This document shows, piece by piece, positions 11,275-24,610 of a stretch of DNA of 64,000 bases. Location: the NCBI GenBank assembly GCA_951406725.2, contig OX597831.1, forward strand, positions 62,124,001-62,188,000. The letters run 5' to 3'. The notes beneath the pieces are model-generated. The model was not told the origin of the DNA and did no database searches. It saw nothing but the letters and a program-made list of their open reading frames with translations. Position numbers and translations under genes: made by a program. The stretch is from Octopus vulgaris (taxonomy: Eukaryota). The first letter of the stretch is position 1. Each line of letters begins with the position of its first letter.

Positions 11275-11694
11275 AAAACGGGACAAGAACGCAAAACATT
11301 CAGACAGTTAGGTGATACAAGAAAGGGAAAACAAAGCAACCATATAGACGATACAAAGAATAGAAGGATAGATACTTCGGAGTTTTCTTTCCTCAGTCTA
11401 GTTCCAGATTATCTTTGCAATTTCGGCTGGTTATACTCGAGATTTCTCCAATCTGACCAGCCTCAAGGAACAAGTAATCTAAGAGCCTTAGATTCCTTGG
11501 TCCTTGGAAGAGAGCAGCGAATGTATACGAAAACAAGGCCGGAAAAAATCACCATTTTTCCGTCCTTTTCTTGGAACTGGACTGAGGAAAGAAAACTCCG
11601 CATAACCCATCCTTGTTTTCTTTGTAACGTCTATCTCGATGTTTTGTTGTCCTTTTCTTGTATAACCTGTCTGGATGTTTTGCGTTCTTGTCCC

Positions 11695-11699
<5 letters not shown>
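11275..11699. mobile_element. Microsatellite-embedded repeat with ~130-bp inverted arms (11275-11406 and 11572-11699)
   Basis: gggacaagaacgcaaaaca...ttcctcagtctagttcca is inverted relative to tggaactggactgaggaa...tgttttgcgttcttgtccc. Same family as 42193-42348 and 48170-48417. Confidence 0.8.
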
Positions 11700-11771
<72 letters not shown>

Positions 11772-11824
11772 CATATATATCTATTGTGTGTATTATCCCG
11801 TATATTTCTGTGTATTATTTACGG

Positions 11825-11862
<38 letters not shown>

Positions 11863-11955
11863 ATCCCTACTGGACATAGACACATGCTTACATATGGATC
11901 TTAGAAGAACAGAATGGAGTAAGTGGAGCAAGAACACATGCGAAAACAAAAAGTG

Positions 11956-11995
11956 CTGCTGAAGAGGTCACAAATGTGTGACGAAATATTTTCAG
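11956..11995 (+). ncRNA. Minimal type I hammerhead ribozyme candidate
   Basis: ctg CTGAAGA g gtcaca aatg tgtgac GAAA tatt TT cag: canonical core, 6-bp stem II, short stem I. Confidence 0.65.
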
Positions 11996-12824
11996 ACAAA
12001 GGACATGAGTTAAAATAATAAAATATAAACAATAGCAAATGAGTGAAAAAAATTACATGAACATTTAGAAAAATAATCCCATAATAATCTGAATATGCGT
12101 ATGATATATTTTAGCTGATAACTATATGAAGTAAAATATTCAGAAGTCATTCAGAATGTATACAAGTACGTACGACATATTTTATCCTCACAATATAGAC
12201 ATTTCCCTATTCAAGGATTAAAAATATGAATTTAAATTGTTTCATTCAAATACAATGCAAAATCCATTTATACGATTCATTGTGGTTTTATATGAATTTT
12301 AACTTCATTGTTTATTCGAATAATCATTTATCTATTATTATTCGTCGTTACAGAAGAAATTAGAATGTACTCTCCTATACATGCTCAAATATCCTCGTTG
12401 CGCTAGCATAGCAACGAAATATTTTACAACTATTTTCAAGGTCTCAACTTCCATATATTGCATATTTTTCTGGTATGATATTAATAAGTATACTTTACTG
12501 AATTTTTGTGGCAGCTTCTAAACCTTAGTTATCTATACTAAATCAGATTTATAACACAAAAGTAGCAGAACATCCAAAATATCTTTCTAGCATTGTGTCA
12601 TTTATTGTCAGCTGTAGTTTTGTAATTTTTTATTGTGAATACGATGTCACCAGCCTTACAACATTTTACTATGATACGATTTTAACGACACTGAAACTTT
12701 TTCTGAGCTTCTACGGTCTAGGAACCAATTCCGTAGGTTTTTATTTAACTCTAAACGCTTTGTAACCTTTGTTTTTAAAAGTATTGCTTTTCTGATTGCA
12801 GCCCTCCTGTGAAATTTGGCTAAA

Positions 12825-13493
<669 letters not shown>

Positions 13494-13691
13494 GCACGGA
13501 CTTTGTCAGTGAACAGGTCGCGGATTTTAGCGACGAAAATATTTTGACAAATTAAACTTAAATGTTGGAGTGAATCGAACGGCTTTTGTGTGTTTCTTAA
13601 ATGGCTTATAAACACCTTCCACGCTGCAATTGTTTTCGTTTCAGCACACGATCTCAGATCAAATTACTTGCTATGCGAGTACATCTCTGTA
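13494..13691 (+). mobile_element. (TA)n-embedded repeat carrying a variant hammerhead; related copies at 3098-3319 and 14420-14570
   Basis: Shared blocks gtgtttcttaaatggcttataaacaccttcc and gctgcaattgttttc across copies. Confidence 0.8.
13502..13551 (+). ncRNA. Minimal type I hammerhead ribozyme with G3-C8 core variant
   Basis: tttgtca GTGAACA g gtcgc ggatttta gcgac GAAA atat TT tgacaaa: 7-bp stem I, 5-bp stem II, palindromic AAUAUU stem III. Confidence 0.72.
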
Positions 13692-14419
13692 ATATATATA
13701 TATATATATAAATATTCTGTAAGATGAATATTGTTCCGTTTATACCATTTATATTGGAAATGCTGATTTTCTCAATATTGGACTCTGATATAATGCGAAA
13801 ATGGCGGGCGAGGTGAGACAGGCACTGATTTTATGACTATCATCGAACTTAGCTTCAAACAGCAGTTCTTGTGGAGATACACTGCTTTGAATGTTTTGCT
13901 ATACTTACCGACGTCACTACATAATTTTCACATCTTTGATACGGTGAAAGGCTTTATTAAAGTTAATGCCATTGCCTGAATGTCTCACGTTTTAGGTAGC
14001 TAAATGTGGATGATATTGTAACATCAAAATAATATTTATTGTATGAAGATTCCTTCGCTACATGTTCGCACACGGGTTCAACTGAATTGCACAAACTCGT
14101 CATTCTTACTTTAGCAAGGGAATGAATACCCATGTGAGATGTTAAGAATTATGGTCATTACCATACTTCTGCAGCAATTTCTTCTAAAAAGAGTAACACA
14201 GTGTACTAACGAAAATAGGTAAAACGGCATAAAAATGCTTTATTGTGCGATCTTCCAAACTCGCGAGTAGGTTCAACACGAAAAGTTTTTTCTTTTTATT
14301 TCCTTCTTATTTTCGTTAAGGCAATGTATGATGACTAAAGCATAGCAAATATAAAACATATCATAGTTATCTTAGATATTTTTTCCATGTCACTCTTTTA
14401 TAAGAAAGACAGTATCAAC

Positions 14420-14570
14420 ATGAAAACAATTGCAGCGTGGAAGGTGTTTATAAGCCATTTAAGAAACACACAAAAACCGTTAGATTCACTTCAACGTTTA
14501 GATTTAATTTTTTCAACATAATTTCGTTGCTTTGAACCCACGACCTGTTCACTGACAAAACTTTGCACTG
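14420..14570 (-). mobile_element. Diverged copy of the 13494 repeat family
   Basis: Reverse complement contains ttttgtcagtgaacaggtcgtgggttcaaagcaacgaaattatgttgaaaa, retaining the GUGAACA core. Confidence 0.75.
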
Positions 14571-15620
14571 CGTCTCAGAATCACAAAAGAGGAGAAAATA
14601 GCAATGTCATGTTAGCACTTTTTTGCATGGTATCATCATTTGGGAGGGAAAGCGTCTAACGGTAGAGTGAGCCCTACAAAGTGAGAAACATAAAGGTCGA
14701 CGTAGACTTGGAAAATTATAGTTAGAATTACTTTTGATCTGTATATGCGTAAGTGATAAAGGTGTTACATATTAGTGCAAACTCAGGGAATGAAGAAACA
14801 TTGTTCAATACATTGAAATAATCCCATTCTTTGAACTTTACCTTACAATTAAATACGTGTTCATCACACACCATTCTTATTATAATTAAAATAATTTGTA
14901 GCCAATGCTATATAGTATCAAGTAATGCTGTTTACCGATATACAATAACAGATAATCAGCAAAACTCATTTTCCGATAGAAATAAAATAATACTTTGTCT
15001 TTCCTGTTTTAAAAGAAATTGAAAATCAATACTATCAATATTAATGAAATTTCAATTAGAACCTTTATTTCACCATATAAATACTTATTTTAGATAATCA
15101 GAGCTTAGTCTTGCATTGTGCTGTCAAGATAATCGTATTTTATCGGTTAAGCTAGTGTTATCAAACGGTATTACCTCTAGCAACAATGACCTCGAGCTCA
15201 AACTGAATTTACGTCATGTTTTAAATTATAATTTGGCATTCAAAGAATGATTTGTTCTACACTTGTCAGCAGAAATAATTTGGTGGCAGTACAACAACAT
15301 GATTGCTTATGTGTCGAATTATTATGACAGATAATAATTTTTAGCTAAACGTCAATATGTATTCTGTTACATATATTCCTATGTTTTGAAAACAAATATT
15401 TTGAATTCAATTCAATATAAGCAACTACTTGAAGGCGTATGAACAATTGAATGTTGCGAAGAGACGGCAGCTGACTCAGTTTAGCGCAGTAAATATTCGA
15501 TTGTTACAATATTTTATGCATATTAGAATAGATAAAAGAACAAAAGAGAACAAAAGAAATCATAATTTAATATATACATGCATTCATACATGCATGCATA
15601 TCTACCTACCTACCCACTTA

Positions 15621-15850
15621 CCTATTTCTTTATTATCCACAAGGGGCTAAGTACAGAGAGGACAAACAAGGACTGACAAACGGATTATCGATTACATCGA
15701 CCCTAGTGTGTAACTGGTACTTAAATTATCGACCCCGAAAGGATGAAATGCAAAGTCAACTTCGGCGGAATTTGAACTCAGAACATAACGGCAGACGAAA
15801 CACGGCTACGCATTTCGCCCGGTGTGCTAACGATTCTGCCAGCTCGCTGC
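15621..15850 (-). mobile_element. SINE family B inside a (CCTA)n tract
   Basis: Full-length match to 39676; flanked by tacctacc repeats. Confidence 0.88.
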
Positions 15851-16179
15851 TTTATACATACATACCTACCTACCTACCTACCTACCTACCAGCCTTCCTG
15901 CATATATATATGCGTTATTTGTATATATGCATGTATAGATTCAGCATGAGAGATCCAGAGATGTTCAATTCAGAAAATACGTAGCAGTGATCAAAGGACT
16001 GGAATATACACTCCGAAATCTTTATACAAGCCTACGTAAAGAGTAAAGAGTGGCTATAAGAGGAATTCGGGTAAGCTAGTATGGAAAAACTGATACAAAT
16101 AAACAAATAAACACGCTTAGAAAATGTACATACATATATGTATATGTATATACATATACATATACAATCACCATGATAG

Positions 16180-16370
16180 ATCGTTAGCCACTACACACAT
16201 TTTTTCTCTCCCTGTTTTTCTCCTTGTTTTTTTTTCTGTGTCCCTTTCTGTGGAAGAGCGTAGGCTCGGAACGTAATATGCTTTTTCCATTCCTGAGCGT
16301 TATACTAATACATCTGTTTGTTTTGTACAACACCTGTCTTCGTCTTTTGTTTTTTTCGTAAACTCTCCAT
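16180..16370 (+). mobile_element. (TA)n-adjacent repeat family; second copy at 46787-46970
   Basis: ttagccactacacacatttttt...cacctgtcttcgtc...cgtaaactctcc is present in both copies. Confidence 0.75.
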
Positions 16371-16376
16371 GTATAA

Positions 16377-16451
<75 letters not shown>

Positions 16452-16893
16452 AGATAGAGAAGGGAGAAAGAGAGAAAGAAAGTGAGTGAGAGAGGCGGGA
16501 GAGCGAGAGAGAGAGAAAAAAACAAAAGCTGAAAATATCCAGACGAGAAAACATTCATGTTTATCGCCTGAATATATTTGTTGACATATTTCCCTAAACA
16601 GATTTACAAGGAGTACAAAAATAGAGAAAACTATGGCTAGCGGGTATAGTACTTCATACGCAACAGTTGTTTGTGGGAGGCCGGAATTATGTAATAGTTA
16701 TAAAGCTAACAGATGTAGTGTGCAAAAATAATGATATGCAACCAATAGTGGATGCATATAAACGTTACTGTAAATCCGGTCTCCGTCTTCATATTGAAGA
16801 GATTGGCATAAAATGCTATTATATACCTATTTGAATAGTTAGTCGTTTAATGTATTTCAACTAATAGAGGTCTCTATTATCTATACACATATA

Positions 16894-17331
16894 GGACTTT
16901 TCGGTTTGAACGGCAGTTTTTAACATAATTTCTAAGTAACTAGAAATTTTAAACTTCGTATATTGGTAGAATGTGTTTATAAAACATTTTTTTCTCTTGG
17001 CTTTATCGAGAAAACTCTATAGTTTGTAAGATATTTGTTGTTTTTGTTCTTCAATTTGTGCAATTTCAACCAATCACTGACGTCTATTGCGGTAAAAAAC
17101 ATTCTCTGCCGTATGAATACGTCCCTCGTTTAAGAAACAGATTGGGTTTATTTACATTTGTGAAGAAGAAAAGATACCCTTCCCCCCACCCCTAACACTA
17201 ACCCTAACCCTAACTAATCCTCACCCTAAAAGAGATTGAAATACAATAGATTGATACTAGGGTTATAATTATGGGTGACAATTTCATATGACACAGCAAG
17301 AAAACAACTGCCGTTTAAACCGAAAAGATCC
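16894..17331. mobile_element. MITE with ~26-bp TIRs, 8-bp TSD and internal (CCCTAA)n; Merlin-like
   Basis: TIRs ggacttttcggtttgaacggcagtt and aactgccgtttaaaccgaaaagatcc. TSD cacatata at 16886-16893 and 17332-17339. GG...CC termini. Confidence 0.85.
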
Positions 17332-19282
17332 CACATATATTATGTAGTTTATATTATATAGTATTATCAGTATAAGTTCCACTCTACAAGTTGTGTATTT
17401 TCTGCCATTGTACTGAATATGAAGAGAAAGAACTCGAATTTATTAATATCTCCAATGCGGAAATAAGAAAACAATTAGATCAGTGTCGATAATATCTTTG
17501 TTCTTATCCAAGTAGAGGCACGCTGCCCTCCTCCCAGTACCAAAACGCTCAAGTGCGTAATAGATGGAAGAATTTCCGATGATTTCAGCCGTTATAGTTT
17601 GGGTTAGATTAAAATATAATTAGTAAGTGTATTTTTCTTCGCACAGCATTTTTATTATGAATTTAAATTATTAAATTTTTTCGCACAGAATTGCATATGA
17701 TCTTGATAGCACAACTGTTATATTAGTATATAGTACATTTCTGGGAAAAATGTACATGTAAAGTTAACTTTAGATAGAATGGGCGGCAAAAAGCGACGCC
17801 TTCGAACTAGAGTTGCCGTTTTTATTTGAATATAAATTGAAGTTGAAGTGATTTAAATAATGCAGTTGTACGCCTTGTAAATTCAGAAAAAAATTGCAGC
17901 CGATTATAATTTTATCTTATGTTTAGAAAATCATAATTTACTCTACACAGCTTTGAGTAAGGAGATATAATTTTTGGTTTCCTTAAGCTTTTGAAGGGTT
18001 CCGGCCGAAAAATAAGAACACAGAGAAAAAGAACAAATACAAGTTATTGATATAACTCTACATAGTTTACACTCAATAAAAATTAAAACTCCAAACCTAT
18101 TTTCTAATAAGAAAACGTCCACAATCGACCGTTAATGATACTGTCATATGGTAAATATTTATTCCAAATGGTTCTAAAATATGACCTGCATCTATCATAA
18201 TTAACTGCAGCGCAAGGAATCTATTTAACCAAATTGAAGTAAAACACAGATATTGACATTACTTGCTAAGATAAAGTAAACGAAGGAAGTTTCCTTGTGG
18301 CCACTGCACCCTCAAAACTTTCCCCAAGTAAAGAACTGTTGCAGAACTAGGAACAGTGTATACAATATCTAAAAACATCTGAAAACGGGAGTACCAAATC
18401 ATGGTGGGAAAGAACCTCATTGATTATAGATAAAATCAGTCAGATTTGACATGAAGACCAACAACAATTAAAAACTAATGTACGTCGTTGGTGAATAAAA
18501 AGTCGATAGCAAAAAATGATTTTTAAGAGTATACTTTATATCTTGAAATATCATTGATATACAACTTCCTATGTCGTAATTATGAAGGGGAAAAGTCGTA
18601 TTGTTATTAACGGAACCTAACAGAGTGTCTGTTTCGTTTGAATGATACAATCTTTTGAATAATACAATTAAAACTATTTTACTCTCTCGTGTTAATTTTG
18701 CAATAATTTAACAAAATGGCTGATAATACGTCAAAATAGACATTTTGTTTCCCTAGATTCAGGTTTCATATCACGTCGAGGTGGATGGTTTACTCTCCAT
18801 ACCTACCCACATCAATAAAATAACACTTATGTATACGTTTCTGTCGGTTAATTCAACGATACTCTGAGCGTTTGCAGCTGTGTAAAATAGATAGAAACGT
18901 TATAATGAGTGTGAAAAATATAACTGTCATTATTTAGCATTACGTTAATTGATCATTTAGTAATTAGAAAATATGACTGATGTAAGTTATGAAAATACAT
19001 AGCTTAACACCTTCAGCATTTTCACCTTGCAACGAATAAGACACCTGAGAGGAATGCCGTCTTATAATCAAACAAAATAAATGCCAATTGTATCAATTCA
19101 TATGAAAATATAAATACATTACGGTATACATCAAGGATATCTTTTTAGCAACACAAAATCCAGTTATGAGCGAAAAAGATGGCCTCTGAGCAATCGTTAG
19201 ACCCGCTAGAATTAACCAACAGATTTCTCTGTTTCTCTGAAACCACACACTACCATCTTAAGTATATTAGGAATCGCTTTCC

Positions 19283-19666
19283 TATCTTTTATCTTTTACT
19301 TGTTTCAGTCATTTGACTACGGCCATGCTGGAGCACCGCTTTTAGTCGCGCAAATCGTCACCAGGACTTATTCTTTGTAAGTCTAATACTTATCCTTTCC
19401 GTCCCTTTTGCCGAACCGCTAAGTTACGGGGAAGCAAACACACCAGCATCGGTTGTCAAGCGATGTTGGGAAACAAACTAAGACACACAAACACACAAAA
19501 ACACCTATAAACATACACACATATATGTGCGCATATATATCTATATATATATATACTGCGGGCTTCTTTCAGTTTCCGTCTACTAAATATACTCACAAGG
19601 ATCTGGTCGACCCGAGACCATTTGGTTGGTAAGCAAGCCACTAACCACACAGCCACTGCTGCGCCT
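19283..19666 (-). mobile_element. tRNA-derived SINE, family C (internal CA/TA microsatellite, internal deletion)
   Basis: Minus-strand head aggcgcagcagtggctgtgtggttagtggcttgc and tail gcggtgctccagcatggccgtagtcaaatgactgaaacaagtaaaag. Confidence 0.85.
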
Positions 19667-20444
19667 ATATATATATATATATATATCTACCAAAGCCACT
19701 CACGAGACTTTGCCCAGGCAGTTGGACGGAACCCGGAACAATGTTGTTGGGAAGCAATTTTCTCACTACAGAACCACACTGCTCCTCTGTGCAAAAATGC
19801 GACTGTTTTTTTAACTAGAACGCTTTCGATCATATTTTCGCTTGGCCAGTGTTTAACAAAGTCAATAATAACAAAGAGAACAACAATATCTGAAAAAATG
19901 AAAAGAGATGACTTAATATTATTCTCTCGCAACTATGTCACTCAGAATATTTTAAATTCCTTGTTAAGCGGATAAAACGAAATTGTCAATATGACTTCCT
20001 CAGAAATGCTAAGTATTTACTGTTTTTCTCTCAGTAGTACTGTTAGATGAGAAGGAAAATCGAAGGCATTAAATTTGGTATAAATATATACCAAAGCTTT
20101 TATTGTGTATCTATTTTAGTTATTTCTGACGATAGGATATATTTTGTGGAGTTGTTTGTTTTTGTTTAGCACTTCGCTGCGTCCGATCAAGTGGAGTTAT
20201 GATGAAAAGCATCCCAGCCATCATCACGCTGTTTGTTATTTTGTTCTTAGATACTATGTGTATCCATTTCCTTTTTTTAAGAGATAGTAGGGTGAAATAT
20301 GAGATCTAGTGGTTTGAGAATAGCAAATGAGGACAGGATTGCTTTCTTTGACTCTTAATATCGTCAAATGACAATGTGACCGGACGTTTTCATATTATAT
20401 TTCTTTTATTCTTCTCAAATATGTCGATATGTACTTCACCAAAT

Positions 20445-20583
20445 ATTATTTTCTACTCTAGGTACAAGGCACAAAATTTGCGGGGAGGTGGTCAGTCGAT
20501 TAGATTGATTCCAGTACGCAACTGGTGCATAATTTATCGACCCCGAAAGGATGAAAAGTAAAGTCGACTTCGGCGAATTTGAA
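20445..20583 (-). mobile_element. SINE family B, 5'-truncated
   Basis: aatttatcgaccccgaaaggatgaaaagtaaagtcgacttcggcgaatttgaa. Confidence 0.75.
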
Positions 20584-20843
20584 ATATTTCATTAAATATT
20601 TCAAGGAATATATTTAAGGATTTGTTTAGGCTTTTGTCTTTGAGAAATTCTATACAAGATTTAATGAAGAATGAAATATATTTTATATTTGCCATCTAAA
20701 TATGGCTAACCACTAAGGGTGGATGTTACTGTAGCTTGTAGCCCCAGAAGAACATCTTCTCCGGCTGGCTATTGACACACTTTCTGTGCCCTATCGGTAT
20801 TTGAAAAGGGAGGTCATCCTTCCCTCGTCAACCTATGTGATAC

Positions 20844-20886
20844 ACACGGACTGCAGTTTCTGGGTATTGACCCGTCATCAGCGCAC
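20844..20886 (-). ncRNA. Minimal type I hammerhead ribozyme
   Basis: Minus strand: gtgcg CTGATGA c gggt caat accc a GAAA ctgcag TC cgtgt. Palindromic ACUGCAGU stem III, GUC cleavage site, wobble-rich stem I. Confidence 0.75.
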
Positions 20887-22791
20887 GACAATCACCGGTT
20901 TGCGATGGAAGGGTCCCAATGCAAATACTTATATGCTTTTTCCAGTGACTTTTCGTCACTGATATATATTTTATATATATAATAAAATATATTTTATTTT
21001 AGTTACTTATGGATTTAGAACCTATTACTTCCAAATAGCCTTTTAGTCGTCAAGGAGACTTGGCTCAACGATTAACTCAGATGATTGTTGGGTAAGGGCC
21101 TTTGTCAATAACGCTCTGATTTTCAATCGAAAGTGTTTTCATGTTTTTATTGGGTTGGTTGCGACCTCAGGATCGGATAATGAACATTGTTTTCACAGAT
21201 AAAGCCCCAGTAAAATCAAAGAAATTAATATTTATCTTGAGCAGTAAACTCGCTGGGTCCTCTAGAAAACCGATAGGGGTTGAAAGGAATAGGAAGTAAA
21301 AAACTACGATTGTTAAATGCTACATGTGTTTATAAATCTATTCTATCGTTTTGTAATGGCTTCAATTCATATCCCAAAGTATGTTTAGAATTAAATGTAC
21401 TTGTGTGAATTTAAAATCATATGTTTATCATATTTTGCAAATACTTGGGCAGGTGCTTAGAGAAATGTTCTATTTTACAGGCGTAAATTCTCCTTAATTG
21501 TATTTCTTGTTTCTTGACATTTCAGTACGAATATCTGTATTACAATATCATTAATGAAATTCCTGTGGTGGAAAATACCAAAGTTGATAAGAGATTGTGA
21601 ATATGAGTTTACGTGTCATAGTTTAGGTGCTTGGAATCGATCAGCTTAGTAGACGAATAGCAAACGAATGACGTTTTAGATAATATTATGCAGTCGGCAT
21701 AATTAGATATTCAGATGTTGACATGTGCTAGCATTTTACTTTAGATGATCGGTTATTCTTCATATGTGACAATGTTAAATCCCACATTGGAAGTGGTCAG
21801 TCTAAATTATGAACACATGTGTTCTACAGGCGAACATTTTTCTCGCTTTCCCCAAAAATCTAGTTTCCTTTTTGTTCTTTTCCTTCCAGAAACGTAATAT
21901 ATCATATATTCCTCATTGTTAAAATAGAAGGCTTTGATTTGAATAAATTATTGAAATGACTAGAGGCAGCGTCATTGTCTTCGTTGTAGCTTATTTCTTC
22001 TCGTAGTGGTAGAAACGGCAGATGGAAAAGAGACCATGTCAAGAAGAGGCTAGATGGAAGTGTTCAAGGAGTCAGCAAATGTATCTTGGCGTGATGTAGC
22101 TTGATGCTGCATGTAAATGACTGTTGGGAACAAAATATTCGGAAGCAGTCAAAGGTGGTTTCAACTGCAATGTAAAAGGTATTATCACTGGTGGCGTCAT
22201 TTATGATGTTGAATTTTAGGATGATGTTGAAACGTAATTTATTACGAACAATAAATATGACAACAAGATAACAGTAAAAAAAAATAATGTAACGAACTAA
22301 AATATTTAGAAATCAACATGGTAGACATTGAAGCTTATAGTGCAAGTGCATCAAACTGATGCTTGTTGATCAAGAATATCAAGCTTGAATTGAACATATT
22401 GATGTAAGTGTAGAAAATACGAAGTAATTCAATTTCTACCCAAGTGACCTCAGATTGTAGCGTAGTTATCGACGTGGTGACAGTTCAAGCCGCTGAGGAC
22501 GATGATATCAAAGAGAGTTGAAGTGATGTATATCTCGTTGATACAAAAATAGATGTATCTGTAATATTATCATGATATATGTATACAAGTCTGCTGTTAA
22601 ATGATGTTACACAAAGGAGTAGTTGGATGTGGTTATCTAAAAATAACCTATCGCAGAAATATATGTTGAAACAAAATGTACTCCGTGCCACTCGAACTAA
22701 GGTACGATACTTTGCTTTAACCGTTCAACTACCGACTTTTAAACTAGCACACGTTGAACTCACACGGTAAACCAACTCGGTCGAACTAATA

Positions 22792-24610
22792 CCTGTTTCT
22801 GTATTTTGAGCACACAGGCTCACACAAAGAAGGGACGGCACATGGACAGAGAACACAGCACAATCGGGTACGTAAAACATATAACAAATGAAATTATGAA
22901 ATATAATGATAAAATGGAAATGATAAAATGGAAATGAAATGTCTTACCTGCCCCCAACTCGCAGGCAGTGTCATTTAACAGTTTATGTATAACATTTAAC
23001 ACACAGTTCACTATTCTTTTTGCATCATTTTTAAAAGTCACTTTTAAAAAATTTTTACTTACTTTCATTTACAATATATACTTTATTAAATCCTCAAATG
23101 CCACCACTGTTAACTTGTCAAACCGAACCTCTATCGGCGTTATTTCTGTCATCTCTCCAAATAGTTCCTTCAACTTCTTTCCCCTCTCTTTCTCAAACAA
23201 GACTGATTTGAAGCCTTCGTTGTACTCATTCACCGCTAAGTTAACCCTAATTGCATGTTTCATCTTGGTGATTTTCTTCTCAGTTTCGACATATTTTAAA
23301 AAATATTTCATCATATTCCGTAAATGTTACCCTTTCTGTACTCCTTTCTGTCTTCCGTAATTTGTCTCCTTCGGTATCGGTATCTCTTTCTCCTTTCTTT
23401 GTGTTCTCGCTCGATGCTGTTGGCATCTCCCTTCTTTCTATCTTTATTTTCTGCACGTTTGCTTTCTCCTCCCTTAGTATACCTGGTCTTACACACTGAG
23501 TCTCCTTTACGCTTTCCTTTCTCTTCTTCATCAGACTCTTTCGTGAGGAGTCCGCGTTTCCCTCTCTCTTTCTCTTCACCACTCTGTATCTTTCTTCCAC
23601 ATTTTCTACATTCTGTTCGCCTACTGGCCTCTACTCCTCTACCCTTTGTACTACTTCTCCTTGATGCTCCTGATCCACCCCCTCCTCATATGTTTCTGGG
23701 GAAACTTTGCTCTCATGTGTCCCCGTACTCCACACCGGTAGCAGATGGGAAGTCTTCTCTCCACTACCACTCTTAGTTTCACCTCCTCGGGCAACACGAC
23801 CACTTCTGCAATATTATGTAGGTCCGGTAAACTTATTTAGACCATCACCTCGCGGCCGGATCTCCAACAGTTTACCTCTGTTATTTTGTGACTTCAGAAT
23901 TTCCGTTTCTTTCCCCGCATTGTAGAGGGTGGCTGCCCCCAGCCACACCTCATCAATCTGCGGGGGCACTCTGCCAAACCTATCTCTGGCCACACGTTTA
24001 CCACCGTAGGTCGGCAGTAGCACCTACTTTGATGACCTCAACAGTACAGTGAAATGCTTTATCACTCCTTGTTCGCTCGCGAAAAGAACCTCCACTGTGC
24101 CATATTTCTTGCCTCTAATATAGAATGACGTGAGGCATTTAATGTCCTTTAGACATTCTTCTACTGCTTCCACTGTAGCTCTTTCTATCTTTTAGATTGC
24201 TGTGGACAGCGTTCTATATATCACTTTCCGTTTAATTGTCTTCCCTGTCTCTTCTTTCGGTGGGGTCAACCGCAGGCTGTCAACTTCCTTTGCTGTAAGT
24301 TCGTTGAACTTCTTCAATTTCTTTTCGTCTATGTTCACTTCTCACTCTCGTAATATATCAGCAGCCAATCCTTTTCCCGTTGCTGCAGCATAAATACAGT
24401 CTGGAACTGGTTGGCTCTCCATCGTTTCACCTATTAGTGGGCAAGAAAACAATTAGTCAAAAATTACAATTCAATAATTCAACTATTGAATGGTTCAACA
24501 ATTCAATAATTAACAATATGTACAGAGACCTTGAACAAGCAATCAAGAAAGCGACTTACACAGATCACGATGACAAAACAACATGGACTCTCCCGTCAAA
24601 CTACCACCAT
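22792..24610 (-). mobile_element. Decayed gag/ORF1-only non-LTR retroelement (half-LINE-like)
   Basis: Disrupted ORF ~24422-23069 reads MESQPVPDCIYAAATGK...YIRGKKYGTVEVLF...LLPTYGGKRVAR...GRVPP...VVVERRLPICYRCGVRGHMRAKFP, a CCHC knuckle with the last C changed to F (~23702-23743). A K/E/R-rich region and a ~280-bp 3' UTR follow, with no RT. The 5' boundary is approximate. Confidence 0.75.

Noticed and set aside
11380-11470. CTGAGGA and GAAA motifs in the 11275/48170 family as a hammerhead
   Set aside because: The order and pairing do not give a consistent core (GAAU or GAAG in place of GAAA, no stem I).
16245-16280. Hammerhead-like CTGTRGA..gagc-gtag-gctc-GAAA motif in the 16180/46787 family
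   Set aside because: A6 is replaced by U in both copies and stem I is unpaired; at best a relic.
18060-18460. Possible Penelope RT remnant (KENVHNRPLM, cf. KENVPIRPIV)
   Set aside because: Too degenerate to call without a profile search.
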